From the NCBI GenBank assembly GCA_973895155.1, contig OZ316897.1:2743416-2807415 (forward strand): DNA of 64,000 nucleotides. Direction: 5' to 3'. The notes beneath the pieces were generated by a model. The model was not told the DNA's origin. It saw only the letters and a program-made list of their open reading frames with translations, and did no database searches. Shown piece after piece: positions 41,081 through 54,500 of this stretch. Made by a program: the position numbers and the translations under genes. Position 1 is the stretch's first letter; the number at the start of each line of letters is the position of its first letter. Source of the DNA: Marsupella aquatica (lineage: Eukaryota; Plantae; Marchantiophyta).

Positions 41081-43812
41081 TAGCCATTTTTTCCTCATGT
41101 TGGGAAGAACTGGTTTTTTTAGTCTTGGGCAATGTAGGGTGAAGTCATGAGTATCTGTGGTCTGAAGGAGGTATGATACCGTACGTTAGTCTTAGTAAAC
41201 ATACACACTTAGATCTGCCACAGTTTCAGGATGACCATCAGATCTAGCCACAAGTCTTAGACAAGGAAGATGAATGGCCAATTTTTCCAGTGTTAATTTT
41301 TTCTTGGCATTCCAAGACAAATTCTGGGCAAGAGTTTAGCAAAAATTTACCACTAAGAAAAACATGGGAACGGAGTGAGGGGCAACTTCCCTGCTTCCCC
41401 GCAAAGCTTTTTCCATCATAAAAATTCTGGCATATGCATGTGAGCCATTTTATTTCCCTAATTTCAGGAGAACCATTAGATCTGACAGCTAACTGTCTTA
41501 ATAAGATAAGGATGTGGCAAATAGAAGGGGAGATCTATCTCTAATATATTAAGTTGCCACAGATTTTCCAGGTATGTATAGGTAAAATATATATCCTAGT
41601 TTTGGCCCATATACAACGTTCAAACCCAGCCAATACTGATCACTACAGTCAGTGGAGCAGTAGTTGTAAAACCCCCCTTCTATACTGTTACAGTAACTTC
41701 ATGGAGATGTAGAAACCTCTATATAGTCTTGTAAAAACCCCGCCAGCTCCAGTAAAGTTGTGAGGGCAGATTCACTTGGCTGTGCATAGTAAAGCTACAA
41801 TAAATAGTGTTGTAATACAAAATCTGTCATATCAAAGAGAGACAGATTAAATTTGTTGAGCAAGAGCATCCCCACCCATCATGCCAATTCCAGGACACTA
41901 TTGGCCTAGGTAGGGGTAAGTTTAGATAGCTGTCATACATACAGGCGGGTGCACCCTGCTTGGAGCCCCACCCATCTTGGTTGACTGGAAGCTCTAGCAG
42001 CATTGGCATCAGAGGAGGTGAAAGTGACATTGTTGGGCATCTGTTGATCTCTTCCAGAATGGGCAATGTTGTCAATGTGTGATGGCGTGGTGCATAAGCC
42101 GGGATTCAATTCATGGCCGGGAAGTTGGATGGTGATAGTGGGCCACTGAGTGGGCAACAATGGATTATAGTTGTTTGGTTTGATTTGCAAATGGTGCCAA
42201 ACTTGCACCTGCCCAGACACTTTGAGGACAGGTGGGAATGCTCTAAAGTAAAGCTAGCTCTTGGAAGAGGGTGATATTCTTTTACATAAAAGCTTGTTGT
42301 AAGGAATTCCTCACAAGGACAATAACACAACCCTTCAAACTAATACACTATAAAATTGTTTGTATTGCATGTGATGTGAAAACGCACTTGTCCACATAGT
42401 TGATCACCTGCATTCTAAAATACATAGCCTGTCCTTACAGGCCCCTTCAATCATAGGTGCCTTTGTCACGAAAAGTGCATCCAAAATATGAGTATTCAAA
42501 GAAATGGGGGTTGCGTTTCACAAGAAATCAAGTGGATTGTGGAAAACCAAACCTTAAATTGATGAATGCATGATCTGAAGACCATTTCTATATTCCCTGT
42601 CCTCATCCTCCAGCCCCCTTTTGGGATCATGGGCAACTATTTGGTCGGTTACATTGTAGCAAGACAACCCTCCCCTGCTATACAACTTTTTTTCCAATTC
42701 TCCCATCCACATTTTGTAGCCATCTTCCAAGATCTGGGAGATGTTTGAGTCCATCAATGACTATAGAGCTTACTTAAGATTGGAACTTCAATTGGAACAG
42801 TGCCATTCTATTTGAGGAACTACCTAGCAGAGACATTGTCTTGCTTTGGACCAAGTTTTTTGAGAAAGTTTGCAAGAAGCACAATAACCTTGATGGGGCT
42901 CTATCATCTAAGCAATTCATAGCATTCTGAGGAAGAAACGGGGGAAGAAACTAGAAACGCACAATGTGAAATCAGGTAATCAAGAAATAATTTTTGACAT
43001 GACATGTTACCCTTTGTTCAAGCCGGTAGCTACTGCCTATGTGCTTGCTATAAAATTAACAGTGGAGGACGGCAGAGGCAAACTTGCCAAGGAAGAAAGC
43101 AGATTGTGAACCTGTTCGCTAACACTATTTTTGAAACAATGAAAGCTATGACTAATTGCACGTTGAATGAGTTTTGACCTGCATTGACTTGGAGGGGGGG
43201 CTGCAGGAGGACGGTGGAGATGGAGGAGGAGGAGCAACGTCTAGATTGACATTAACCTAAGAAAACAACTAGTGAGGCATTAGAGATTTAGTCAACATTA
43301 TATATAGTGCATAGTTTATGGCCATTATGTAGAGTCTAGATCATTATAGATTCATTATGTAGATTGTGATTAGATTATAAGCTTTTCAAGACTCAGCCAA
43401 GTGGACTTTCTTTGAAATCTCATTTGGACTTCCATATCATTTAGACTTGTGAGTCATCAAATTGTAAAATTTTCTTACATAATCAATAACTTTGATCTCC
43501 ATCTTTTTTTCTTTCTTTTTTTTCTTTATCTCCATCTTGGAATTTCTCCTTATGTAAAAGTCCAAAATTGTTTTCTCTAGCTCCGTTATCACTTATATAA
43601 CCCAGACTAGCCCTATGTTCATGCGTTGCACAGAAGATGTTGAGTCAAGGCAAGGATATCAAGGTGAGTCAAATTTGTCAAGGCAAAGCAAGTTTAGATG
43701 TCAAGGTGAGGCAAAGATGTCAAGACGAGAAAAGAAATGCAAGGGAGGCACAAAAGTGCAGGAAAGACAAAGAAATGTAAGCAAGGCCAAGAAGGCAAAA
43801 GAAATGTAGGTG

Positions 43813-45143
43813 AGGCCTGGAAGGAGATCACGATCCCAAAACATGTTGGCGGCTTAGGCATCCTCCCCTTCAATGAGATGGCACAAGCTCTTAAGATGCG
43901 ACACCTCTCGAAGCTCATCCGTGATGAGGGTTGTGAATGGGTGAGAATGGCACACATAATAATTGAGGACGGACTGAAGACTGGACCCAACAAAAAAGAG
44001 AGACGCAGATGGAGCGCAACGGAAGCAATCCTGTTGAGCGATGAGCTGGTTATCAAAGGGTCTACTACCCTTAAGGGCCTTCTCAAAGGGTGGTATGCAA
44101 AATGTACACACTTAACCTTTCACTTTGGGGTGGGCGAACTCCCGGACAGCTTGTCGATGGAACAAATGGTCCTTCTCTACACACGGGACATGCAATCAAC
44201 TAGCACGGAACAGGAGGGGAAGGAACTGAGAAGATACATGGCTAACCGCAGCATCAAACAAGCTACATACTGGTGGAACACACAGACTGGATGGCTGACA
44301 CAGGAGGCTCTCAACACCAAAATCAGAAGCAATAGACACAGAGGATACCCAGAATTCTCCAGATTCTACACTCTCCTAAGGGGATGCTCTGGCCTCTCCA
44401 CGGTAGGATTGCAGACGTGCAAAGGATGGAAATGGAAGTGGCAGGGCTGCAATCGGGGGTGGACTTTCCCCAACAAAGTGTGGACCAACTGTTCCCCACC
44501 AACCATCCAGGACCCCAATACTTTAAACAGAAGATGGGGGCAACAACGCACACCTGAACAGTGGAGCAAACTCTGGAAGCTACTCTGGAAGGGATGGACC
44601 ACACCGAATGTCAGGTTCTTCATTTGGAGACTACTACACCACGGTTTCTTCAACAACGGCAGAGGCAACAGATGGAAGGTCTGTGACGGAATATGTTCCA
44701 GGTGTAAGACTGACATTGAAACCACAAAACATTTGTTCTTCAGTTGCCCTAAGGTCCAAGATCGTTGGGGCGATATGCGCAGGCTGGTGCAGAGCGCCCC
44801 CTCGCTTTGATCCCCCGCTCACTTGCTTTTTGAGGCCATCTATGGTGCCATCATTCGGCAAAAAAGGAAACCGGGCCCTGTTATTATGATAATGGAGATG
44901 TGTAGCAATATCTGGAAAGAGAGGAACGCGGCCACGTACTCTCAATTCCTTGGGCATCTCCCAGGGTGGGTGACTCTCAGACATACAGAAATGCACCTGA
45001 GAGCTATGCTCACCTACTGCAATTCCAACAAAAAAAAGAAACAGGTCAGGACTGCTCTGGATCATCTAAACATCATCCTTGCCCCTTGGGAGAAGACTGA
45101 CAGCCCCATTGCTCTCAACTCTCTCAACTATGAAGATCGATGA
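43813..45143 (+). pseudogene. 5'-truncated L1-clade LINE ORF2 C-terminal region (zf-RVT)
   Basis: AWKEITIPKHVGGLGI, FIWRLLH, CSRC..IETTKHLFFSC and NIWKERN are plant L1 motifs. In-frame stop at 44808-44810. No RT core present. Confidence 0.85.
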
Positions 45144-45695
45144 TTTTGGTGAATGTGGTTTTAAGCCCGAGCGGCACTTCTGTAGGAGTGATAGGTGGTA
45201 TGATATTGTTCACATTGTTGACTACGTTAGAGATAGGTTTATGGTTGTTATGCGTAGGGACACTCATTTTACGAGTGTCTGGACTCCTAAGGACAGCCAA
45301 TAGAGGAATTATGAGTATCTTGTGTACTTACACCCTCCGTATAGGGGTAGAATTGCTAACGGACATTTTTACAGAGACCGTGGGGTGAATGGCCGCACGT
45401 GGCTGCCCTCTGTCTCTTGGCCGGATTAGGTTGTTTGGCTTGCTGTGCTCCCGGGGCGGCGGTTGTCCCTGGGTTCGCGTCTGTTTTTTTCTCTCTTGAG
45501 CGGGGTTCTCCCCCGGTTCCCCCCCCCCAAAAAAAGAGGAAGTTGTTGAGATATTTGAGGTGTTGTTACAACAATTTTGCCCCAATATGTTGTTGCTGCT
45601 ATGCGGTCATGCAACCATGTTTTTGTTGCCAAGCTCAATTCTCAAACATTGCACAGGAAGCTGGAGGTAAAGTAAAGAAGTGCACACGAGGCCAA

Positions 45696-46052
45696 TGTCA
45701 TGCCGAGGGACAGTGCCTCCTGTGCACATCGGCATGTCCCTCGCATGCCCGCTAGGTATGTAGTTAGGGCTAGTGTACTAATTGAGTTAGTGTCATGTTT
45801 TTGTAGCGAGTCTGGGTCATTCTTGAAGCAAAGGTGTTTGTTAGTGTGATGCCTGGACCCGGTCCTACTTAGGGCATGTTTTTCTTTGTCGTTTTTCAGT
45901 TCTTCTTGAACGCTGTTGACAGAGCTCAGACAGTGCTTGTCGGTTCAGTACACGGGATTCACACAGTGATTCGTTAGATGCTCCCGGCCGATCTTGGCAT
46001 CCCGCCGGTTTTCGATTCGATTTCAGTACGATTGTTTCTCTTACGCCTTTTA
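45696..46052 (+). repeat. Terminal repeat A1 (357 bp)
   Basis: Direct repeat of 55065-55422, about 10 differences counted by eye. Confidence 0.93.
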
Positions 46053-46066
46053 TTCAAGAAGAACTG
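46053..46066 (+). promoter_or_regulatory. Self-priming type PBS
   Basis: ttcaagaagaactg directly after A1 is the exact reverse complement of cagttcttcttgaa (45897-45910) inside A1. Confidence 0.72.
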
Positions 46067-49000
46067 GTCGAGATAGTGGTGAAGGGAAGAAGATTGCTCG
46101 TGACAATTTTGACAATTTCTGGTGAAGCCATTGCAATTTCTTCGACAGACATCGGAGTGACGAGTTAAAAGTTATGGGTTTATTATGGTGTTATGTGTAT
46201 ACTTAAGTGTATACACATAACAAGGGGCCCAGATTTTTCTTGCCTGCCGCAACTCGATCTGCTTCCATAATTGCTTTTGACTATGGCTACTGACTGCTGA
46301 CCTTTTTTGGGCCATATTCGGTGTTTTCCGGTCGCAGCGCGACCACCTTCCCTTCCCCTTACATTTTGACGACCCTTTGGGGTCCTGTTCTTTCTTTTCC
46401 ATCATCGGCCGTCATTTCTTTTTGCCTCCCCTTGCAGCTACCGTTGCGAGCTGCCTCCCTGTCCTGCCTGTGTATACACATGCGGGGCTCATCATTGCCC
46501 CTGGGTTGCGCATAGGGCCATGCGCCCTCCCTTCGGCGTTTTTCTTCCTCCCTCGCCTGTTTCCAGCAATTACACAGTAGGGAAGGGGGATTAAGTTGAG
46601 GCATAAGCATGGAGAGGGCACGAGGCCCTATTATGCATTAAAGCAGGGGCAAGGGGGAGGTGAAAGCAGGAAGGAGGGGGAGCGAGTGTTAGGAGAGGGC
46701 ACCAAGCCCTATGTTGCATTAAAAGGAGGGGGAGGGGGAGTTCACATACGACTCCCTTCTCTAGGGAGTACTTTCACCAGGGCACGAGGCCCACAGAAGC
46801 ATTTAAGGAGGGGATTGAGGGGGAGTTCGTAGCCTCCCTCTTCGAGAGCTCATAAGGAGAAGGGGGGGGCGCGAAGCCCTATGCTGCATTAAACGGAAGG
46901 GGAGTACATTCAAGCCAGGCACGAGGCCCACAGCGCATTTAAGAGGGGAGGGGGAGCTCATAAGGAGAAAGGGGCGCAAAGCCCTATGCAGGGCTCGAGC
47001 CCATTAGGGGCCGTTTCTTTTTCCTTGCCTCGCCCTTTTATTTTTGCCTCGCTTTCGCTTTTATTCGCTTGCAGCATATCGCACGGTGCCCCCGAGTGTG
47101 TATACACACTCGCTCGGTTGCCGGTCCCCACCTGATTTTTCTTTTCGTCGACGCGCACCTTCTGTCAGTTTCTGGGTCCACGTCGGGGCCGACATATACA
47201 CTTAAGGGGGCCCCTCTTTCACGTTTTTTTGGCCATTTCTTTGCGGATTTCTTTGTTGCTGCCGACGGTCATCTGCATAGGGTTGCGGGCCCGGGGTATA
47301 CACATGGGATGGCAATCCAACATTGCCTATGTATACACATAGGCAAGTGCGACGGGGACACAATTTGAGGTTTTAAGGGTCCTTTTCCCTGATGGTCTTT
47401 CGACGGTGACGGGTTTTCTCAGTCTTTACACATTTTGCACATTTTGGGTACATCGGGTATTGTCACACAGCATGTCAGTAGACGAGCCAGGAGGTAGCAG
47501 CTCATCACCACCAACACCCCGGTACCACTTACGGAGTGATCCACGACCCTTGGTGCCAATTTCATTGGAGTCTCGGCAATTTCGACGACGTCCGCAGACA
47601 GCAGCAGCACCCACACCACGCAATCCTTCTGCTCAATTTGGCGGTCGCTTCACCACAACCCCGAAACCTGCTATCACTTCCTTGCCATTTACCCCTTCTG
47701 CATCAGTGGTTGTTCCAGCTTCACCGGCATACAGCATGGATGCTAGCCACTCATCTGGCCGCATTGAGCGCTTCAGCGGGCGGCCAGGCACTGTTTCTTT
47801 GCGTGAGTTCAAATCCACTTTCTATACTATTGTTTACAAATTGGAGTTGAAGTACGGCAACAATTTCACAAATGCTTTTGCATTTAAGCAACTAGCCAGG
47901 TATGTGCACCATGAGGCTTTGGATGTGTATGAGCAGCACTCTCAACGGCTGCTTGCTGTCACACAATTGCCTAATCCTACCTATGCTAGTGCAATTGCAG
48001 CTGCCTCACAACTGGCATTACAGAATGCCATTGCAGCCCATGCTGCTGCTCCTGCTACTTCCCCTCCTACTCCAGTTCCTACCACTGCGCTAGTTACTCC
48101 CATTGTCTTGGCACAGGCTACATCAGGCATTTCTCCCACTATTGATTCTCCTGCCTTTGCTGATCCAATGGCTGAGTTTTTTCAGGTTCTTGAATTGGAA
48201 TTCCCAATCAAGAGTGCTGACAAAATCATGCAGTTGGCTACCTTTGTGAGGCAACGCGATGAAACATTGAAGATGATGTATTGCCGGCTTCTCAAGCTGA
48301 AGGAGGACACCCAGAGCATCACTGACCTAGAGGCTACGCATCGCTATCTTCGTGCATTGGAGGGCACACCAGCTCTCCATTCGCAAGTGTTGCAGCAAGT
48401 ATTCTCAGAGTTTGGAGACAGCAACACATTGCTCAATGTCTATGACACTGCTGAGAAACTTGAGTTGGCCCATGCACATTATGAGGCCAGTATTGCGCGT
48501 CCACTGCGCGATCCAAGTACTAGGTTGCTGCCCCTACATTGGCCACCCCTTCCCGTTTGCCATAATATGGTTCCAAGACCAAGCCAGCACATGCTGCTTT
48601 CATGCTACCATCTTGTAACTACTGTGATAACCCTAATCACAAGGCTAATGATTATGATATTGTTGCTGAGGACCTGTCTTGTGATTTTTGCGGGAAAGTG
48701 GGCCACTTGGAGGCAGTTTGTTTTGCCAAATTCCAAGAGAGGAAGTAGCTACGACAGCAGGCCCCTCATCCTGCTCCTGCTTCCACTCCCCCACCAGCTA
48801 GGAGGGCTCCTATTGCCTTAGTTTCTCCTCCTTCCAGTGGCAAAGCACCCGGGGCCAACAAATTGCCCAAGCAGCAACAGAAGCAGCTAGCTCAGAAGGA
48901 GGCTCACAACGCACAGGCAACTCAACTCCAGTCTCTGACTCATGAGGTTGAGTCCCTATGTGCCCAACTTGCCAACATCAAAGGCAAGTCACCTGCCTCT

Positions 49001-50584
49001 GCTGGTCCCTCTCAACCGGTTGGTCACGTGCAACCGATCCCTGGCCCAGGCACCACTGACAGTTCAGCACCTCTTCCCCGCTCTTTCTATGGCTTGCCAT
49101 TTGATGCTCATAGGGGTGAGTGTGTGCTGTCCTCTACTACACAGCCTGGCCTTATGGCAGAATTTTCAGATTCATTCTGCCCTTCCTATTTTGCTTACCA
49201 GCAGGCCAGTGTTGCCTCCCGTATTGCTCCCACCCGCCGCATTGTACAGGCTAATGGTCTTGCTGCTGGTCCTATGACTAGAGCCAGGGGAGCTCGGGCT
49301 GTCATGCCCCAATCTTTTCAGCCACTCATACTTGTTGAAGACTGCACCTTGTTGGCGAGGGGGGAGGGAGCTGCAGCTACATCCATTCCACCACCAGGTG
49401 CTACTGACATTTCACAGGGAGTTGTTTCTCCTGAGCTGCTTGAGCATGTCACCTCCGGTATGGCACAAAGGATTCTTACAACTCCACTTTTCAGTTGCCA
49501 TGATTTATAGCTGGATGCTAGAGCTGTCATCAGAGCACTAGAGGGCTCACTGCATTCTTCATCAGCCCCTGTGACACCGGTTTTGGAGGTCCAATCTCAT
49601 GTACATACTGGACCTTCTTCTTCTCCATTACATGCTTCCACTGGTTTGGCTATCCCAGTACCAATTTCCAGTGGTACAGATGATAGTATTGTTGCAGATT
49701 GTGTGACCAGAGCTACAATGGATTCTGGTCATGCTGCTCCATCTTTCCTAGCTATGTTGTTGAGTGGGAAGACCGTGGACACTAACTCCCTTCACAAGGT
49801 ACCTCATCATTTGCCAAAAGTGGTGCCTAGTGACAGGACTTTAGTTTCCACCACCATTGCCATTGTTGACAATAGGAATTCAGTGGTCAAGTTGGAGGGT
49901 CACACTCCTCAGGTGGTCATGCTAGACACAGGCGCTCAACCAGTGATATTGGGCATTCAATTTGCCAAGAAGATGGGACTACTGACTGATCATTTACAGC
50001 AATCCAGGTGGCACATTCGGACTGCTAGTGGCACTGTGGAGGATGTGCTGGGTGAGAGTTCTACTTTACTCACTTTCACTTTTAATGGAGGTACAGATCA
50101 GGAATTGCATTTCCCAGTCAGATATTTGGTTACCAATGCCACTACGTATGATGTGCTCATTGGCCAGGAGGCTTTGTTCCCACCAGGTTTTACCATTGAC
50201 AACTGGCATGAGCATGCATACTACAGAGTTGATTGGCATACGGATGGCTCACACTTGGGCTACATTCCACTTGATTTGCATGGTGCTCATACACCTATGG
50301 CTCACCACTGTGTGTTGAAAGCAGTGCACACAACTACCTATGTCAACCACCCATTGTAGGATTGGATTGAGGAGGATGATGATGAGGTGGTTGCTGCACA
50401 TGCTGCTACACGTATAGCAGCACTTTCCATCAACGTGGATCATCAACCAGAGGTGGTACAACGGCTCCAAGCAGCCCATGGACCTTTGGTGGCTGCATTG
50501 CGCAAATTTGAGGACCTTGGGCAGCACAATGGCCAACCAATAGCCCCAATCTTGAGCGCACCAGTTACATGGACTCCTCCTTGA

Positions 50585-51510
50585 GATGGCCTTACATTGC
50601 TTGAGCTTTTTGGTGGCATTTCTACAGGCCTGGAAGCTCTCCTACAGTCTGGCATGGTGGTGAAGTAGTACATCTATGTGGATATTGATCCAGGTGCAAG
50701 GCAAGTGGCTGAATCCCGTCTACTGGAATTTTTAGAGCGATTTCCCTAGCAGTTTCCACACAATGCATGGAAGTCTGCATTTTCTTTCTTCCCTCCAGAT
50801 ATCCAGCTTGTCCAGCACCGGCACTTAACCCTTCTTGGTTCCCTTGATTTGATCATAGCTGGTTGGGAATGCCAAGGGTTTTCAGCTGCTGGTCACGGTG
50901 CTGGACTGCATGATTCTCGTTCTGGCCTTTTCATAGCATTGGTTCAGATTCTCACCTGGGCTCAATCCCTTTATCCTGCTGTTGGTTATATCATTGAGAA
51001 TACTCCATCTCAGTTTGACCAGCGTCCACAGGTGAAAGAGGATTTCAGTGTGGTCCAGCACTACTTGGGACCACCCCTTCTCATTGATGCAGTGCACTGT
51101 GGTTCTTATGCACATCGTTTTCGTAACTTTTGGACTAACCTTGCACCACCTTCCTTGTTGGAGTTAGCTCTTCACCACACATCCAGGGACACTAACCTCA
51201 CAGTGGACCAGATTTTGGATCCTGACAGTTCTTGCCAACTAGTTACACGACAAGAGTCAGCACCTTGGTATCCAGCCAATACCATTGGACAGCCCCATGC
51301 TGCTTGGCCTACATTTGTGTCCTTTCCAGGTGCACATGCTTTTCAGGGTGATGGTCCTGGCCTGGTTTACCGACATTCTACCGGTACATGGGATGAACCT
51401 AGTCCTGAGGAGAGAGAACGGGCTATGGGCTTGCAATCCGGTACTACAGGCCACACCCACATCACCAGGCTGGCCAGGAATGCTTTACTTGGCAGGGTAA
51501 TGGATCTCAC
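50585..51510 (+). pseudogene. C5 cytosine DNA methyltransferase domain (DNMT3-like motifs) within pol
   Basis: Same frame as PR and RT. Motif I LLELFGGISTG, II YVDID, IV DLIIAGWECQGFSAAG, V DSRSGLF, VI YIIENT, VIII AHRFRNFWTNL, IX PEERERAMG, X RLARNALLGRV. Stops at 50666 and 50747. Confidence 0.88.
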
Positions 51511-54500
51511 TGCTCTCACTTGGCTTCTGGTCACTTGCATCCTTTTTCAGATGTACATTCATCCAGCATCAGGAGTTCCAGCCCTACCACTCCATGGTGC
51601 TGCTACATGGCATCCAAACCAGGTGCACTTACCTCTATTCAACACTCACCGCTTCAGTCCAAGTGTTGGGGGGGAGGAGGTCCCTTGTAATGTGGCTGAC
51701 ATTATTTCTGAGTTTCATCGTGTGGATCAGACCAGAGCAACAAGTACAACAGGCCTTGGAGAGGCCTCATCACCTTATCAGCAGCATGCTAGCAGCTTGG
51801 ACAGTGGAGAGGCTGGCACTTCTGGCTCTTCAAGCATGAGTACATCAGGTCCTATTCCTAGTGTTGCCAACTACACATTCATCATGGGCAACCACTTGAG
51901 TAAAAGATAGAAGGACCAGCTGCTGAATTTGCTCCTCAAGCATGAGAACGTGTTTGCTTTCTCTATGAAGGACTTGGGTAAGTGCAAGACTATGCAGTTC
52001 TCCATTGAGTTGGCTAATGAAACACTTATCTTCAGGCGGAGACATCGTTTGAGTAAGCATGAGTGGCAGCTGGTGGATGAGAGGTGCCAAGAGTTATATG
52101 AAGCTGGTCTTATTCAGCCATCTACATCAGATTTTGCAGCAGCTACAGTGATGCCAGCAAAGAAGGATTCCAGTGGATTGTGGACAGAGAAGCGCATGTG
52201 TGGGGACTACAGGCCATTGAACCTGGTCACACCCCAGGATAGGTACCCCATGCCACGGCCAGAGGAGTTATTTGACAGGATTGGAGACTCAGACATCTTC
52301 ACTCTTGTGGATCTAAGGCAAGGCTTCAACCAGATTTTGCTGTTTGCAAAGGATCGCAAGAAAACAGCTTTCCATGGTAGTAACCAACTATGGGAGTGGT
52401 TGGTGATGCCATTTGGCTTGAAGAATGCGCCCATATTCATTCAAAGAGTCATGGACCAGGTTCTTCAAGGTGCTGAGTTTCTGAAATGCTACATTGATGA
52501 TGTGTTGGTCCACAACAAAGGATTTGACCAGCATCTACTTGACCTTGAGGAGCTATTCATGAGGCTTAAGAAGGTGAACCTAAAGATACACCCCAAGAAG
52601 TGTGAATTTGCTGTCAGATCAGTAGTATATCTTGGGGATCGCATTCTTCCAAATGGAACCATGGCTCACTGGGCCAAGGTGGTATCCATCTTGGAAATGC
52701 CCACTCCTACCGATGTTCACACTTTGAGGAGTTTTATTGGGTTGTGCAATTACTATCGGATCTACATCAAAGATTTCAGCATCATTGCACACCCATTGTA
52801 TGCTTTGTTGAAAAAGAATGTGACTTGGACATGGAGTATAGATGCTGAGGCAACATTTGCCACTTTGAAGGAGAAGCTCTCAGAATACCCGGTGCTGAGA
52901 AGACCTAATTTCAGCAAGGTCTTTGTGCTACACACAGATTGGAGTGCCCTTGGGATTGGTGCCATTCTGGGCCAGCATGATGAGGAAGGTAAAGAATACG
53001 TCATTGCCTATGCATCCAGGAGCAACAATCAGGCATAGAGTCATTATTCTTCTTATGAGGGTATGCCTTGCTGTTGTGTGGGCTGTCATACATTACAGAC
53101 CCTACCTCTATGGGACCAGGTTTGTTCTCTACACCGACCACCAGCCCTTGAAGTGGTTGATGACCAACGAGAAGCTTGCTCGTTGGGCGCTCATACTCCA
53201 GGAGTATGATTTTGAGATAATTCATAGGCCTGGTGTGACACATCAAAATGTTGACACTATGTCCCGCAGCCCTTTGATTGCCTCTGATGATTCCTCAGAT
53301 GCACGACAGGATTTCGACCAGGTTTCCATCCTGCCTACATTTCATGCATCTACCTATCTTGCTTTGCTGCCATGCTACGTTGTTGACCAACCTGTGGTGG
53401 ACATATGGGAGGACAACGACACTCTGAGATTTTTGCAGCATGGGGAGTACCCCATACATGTTACTGCTGCCCAGAGAGACCAAAATCAGCAAAGGTCCAA
53501 GCGTTACTTGTGGAAGGGAGATCATCTCGTGCGCTGCTTGCCAGACAAGGAAGTGGTGGTTCCACCCATTTATGAGAGGGTTGGCCTTATCCGTAAGGTA
53601 CATTCTGAGCTTGGTCATTTTGGCGTTAAGAGGACTTACAGCCTCTTGGTCCCTCATTATCATTGGAGAGGCATGCATGGCCAGGTTCAAGATGTTATTG
53701 CCCGGTGTGAACAGTGTGATAGGGTGAGGACTTCTTTTACATCTCGGCAACCCACACTTCATCCACTCCCTATTCAGGGCATGTTTTATCGTTGGTCATG
53801 TGATTTGGCTCGAGAATTACCCCTCACATCTCGGGGTAATCTCTACATCATGATCATGATAGAGCATTTCTCCAAGTGAATAGAACTTGTGGCATTGCCG
53901 GATAAGACCTCCCGTAGCACCAGCCTAGCATTCCTACAACAAGTTCTCAGCCACTTTGGAGCTTGTGCAGAATGTCTCACTGACCAAGGCTCAGAGTTTA
54001 GAGGAGAGTTCTAGGAGCTGCTTGATCAGGCCGTCATTGATCATCGTCTGACATCACGAGATCACCCACAGGCAGATGGCTTGGCAGAGCGCATGGTTCA
54101 GACATGCAAGAAGGGTCTCCAAAAGATTTGCCTCACCAAAAACAAGGAGGATTGGGACCTGGCCTTACCCTACATTGCCATGGGGTATAGGATGTCTAGA
54201 CATGCATCATTGTCTAACTTTTCTCCCTACTTCTTGTTGTTTGGTCGTCACCCAGTTCCACCTTCTGCTATTGCTGCTCACATGCTTCAGGTGGTGGACT
54301 TGGATTCAGTTGTGACTTGGTCTGATGTGATCTCTGAGAGGGCTGCCCTATTCAGGAGGGTTATGCCCATGGCCATGGAGAATTTGGCCATTGCACAACA
54401 TAGGGACACATTGCGTTATGCACACACACAAGGGGGCACTTTTCAGCCCAAGGTCAGGAAGTTTGATGTGGGAGATTTTGTGTACTTGCAGCGGCAAGCT

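Noticed and set aside
42554-42800. Possible pogo/DDE_1 transposase remnant on the - strand
   Set aside because: Only a vague resemblance across frameshifts, with no catalytic motif recognisable.
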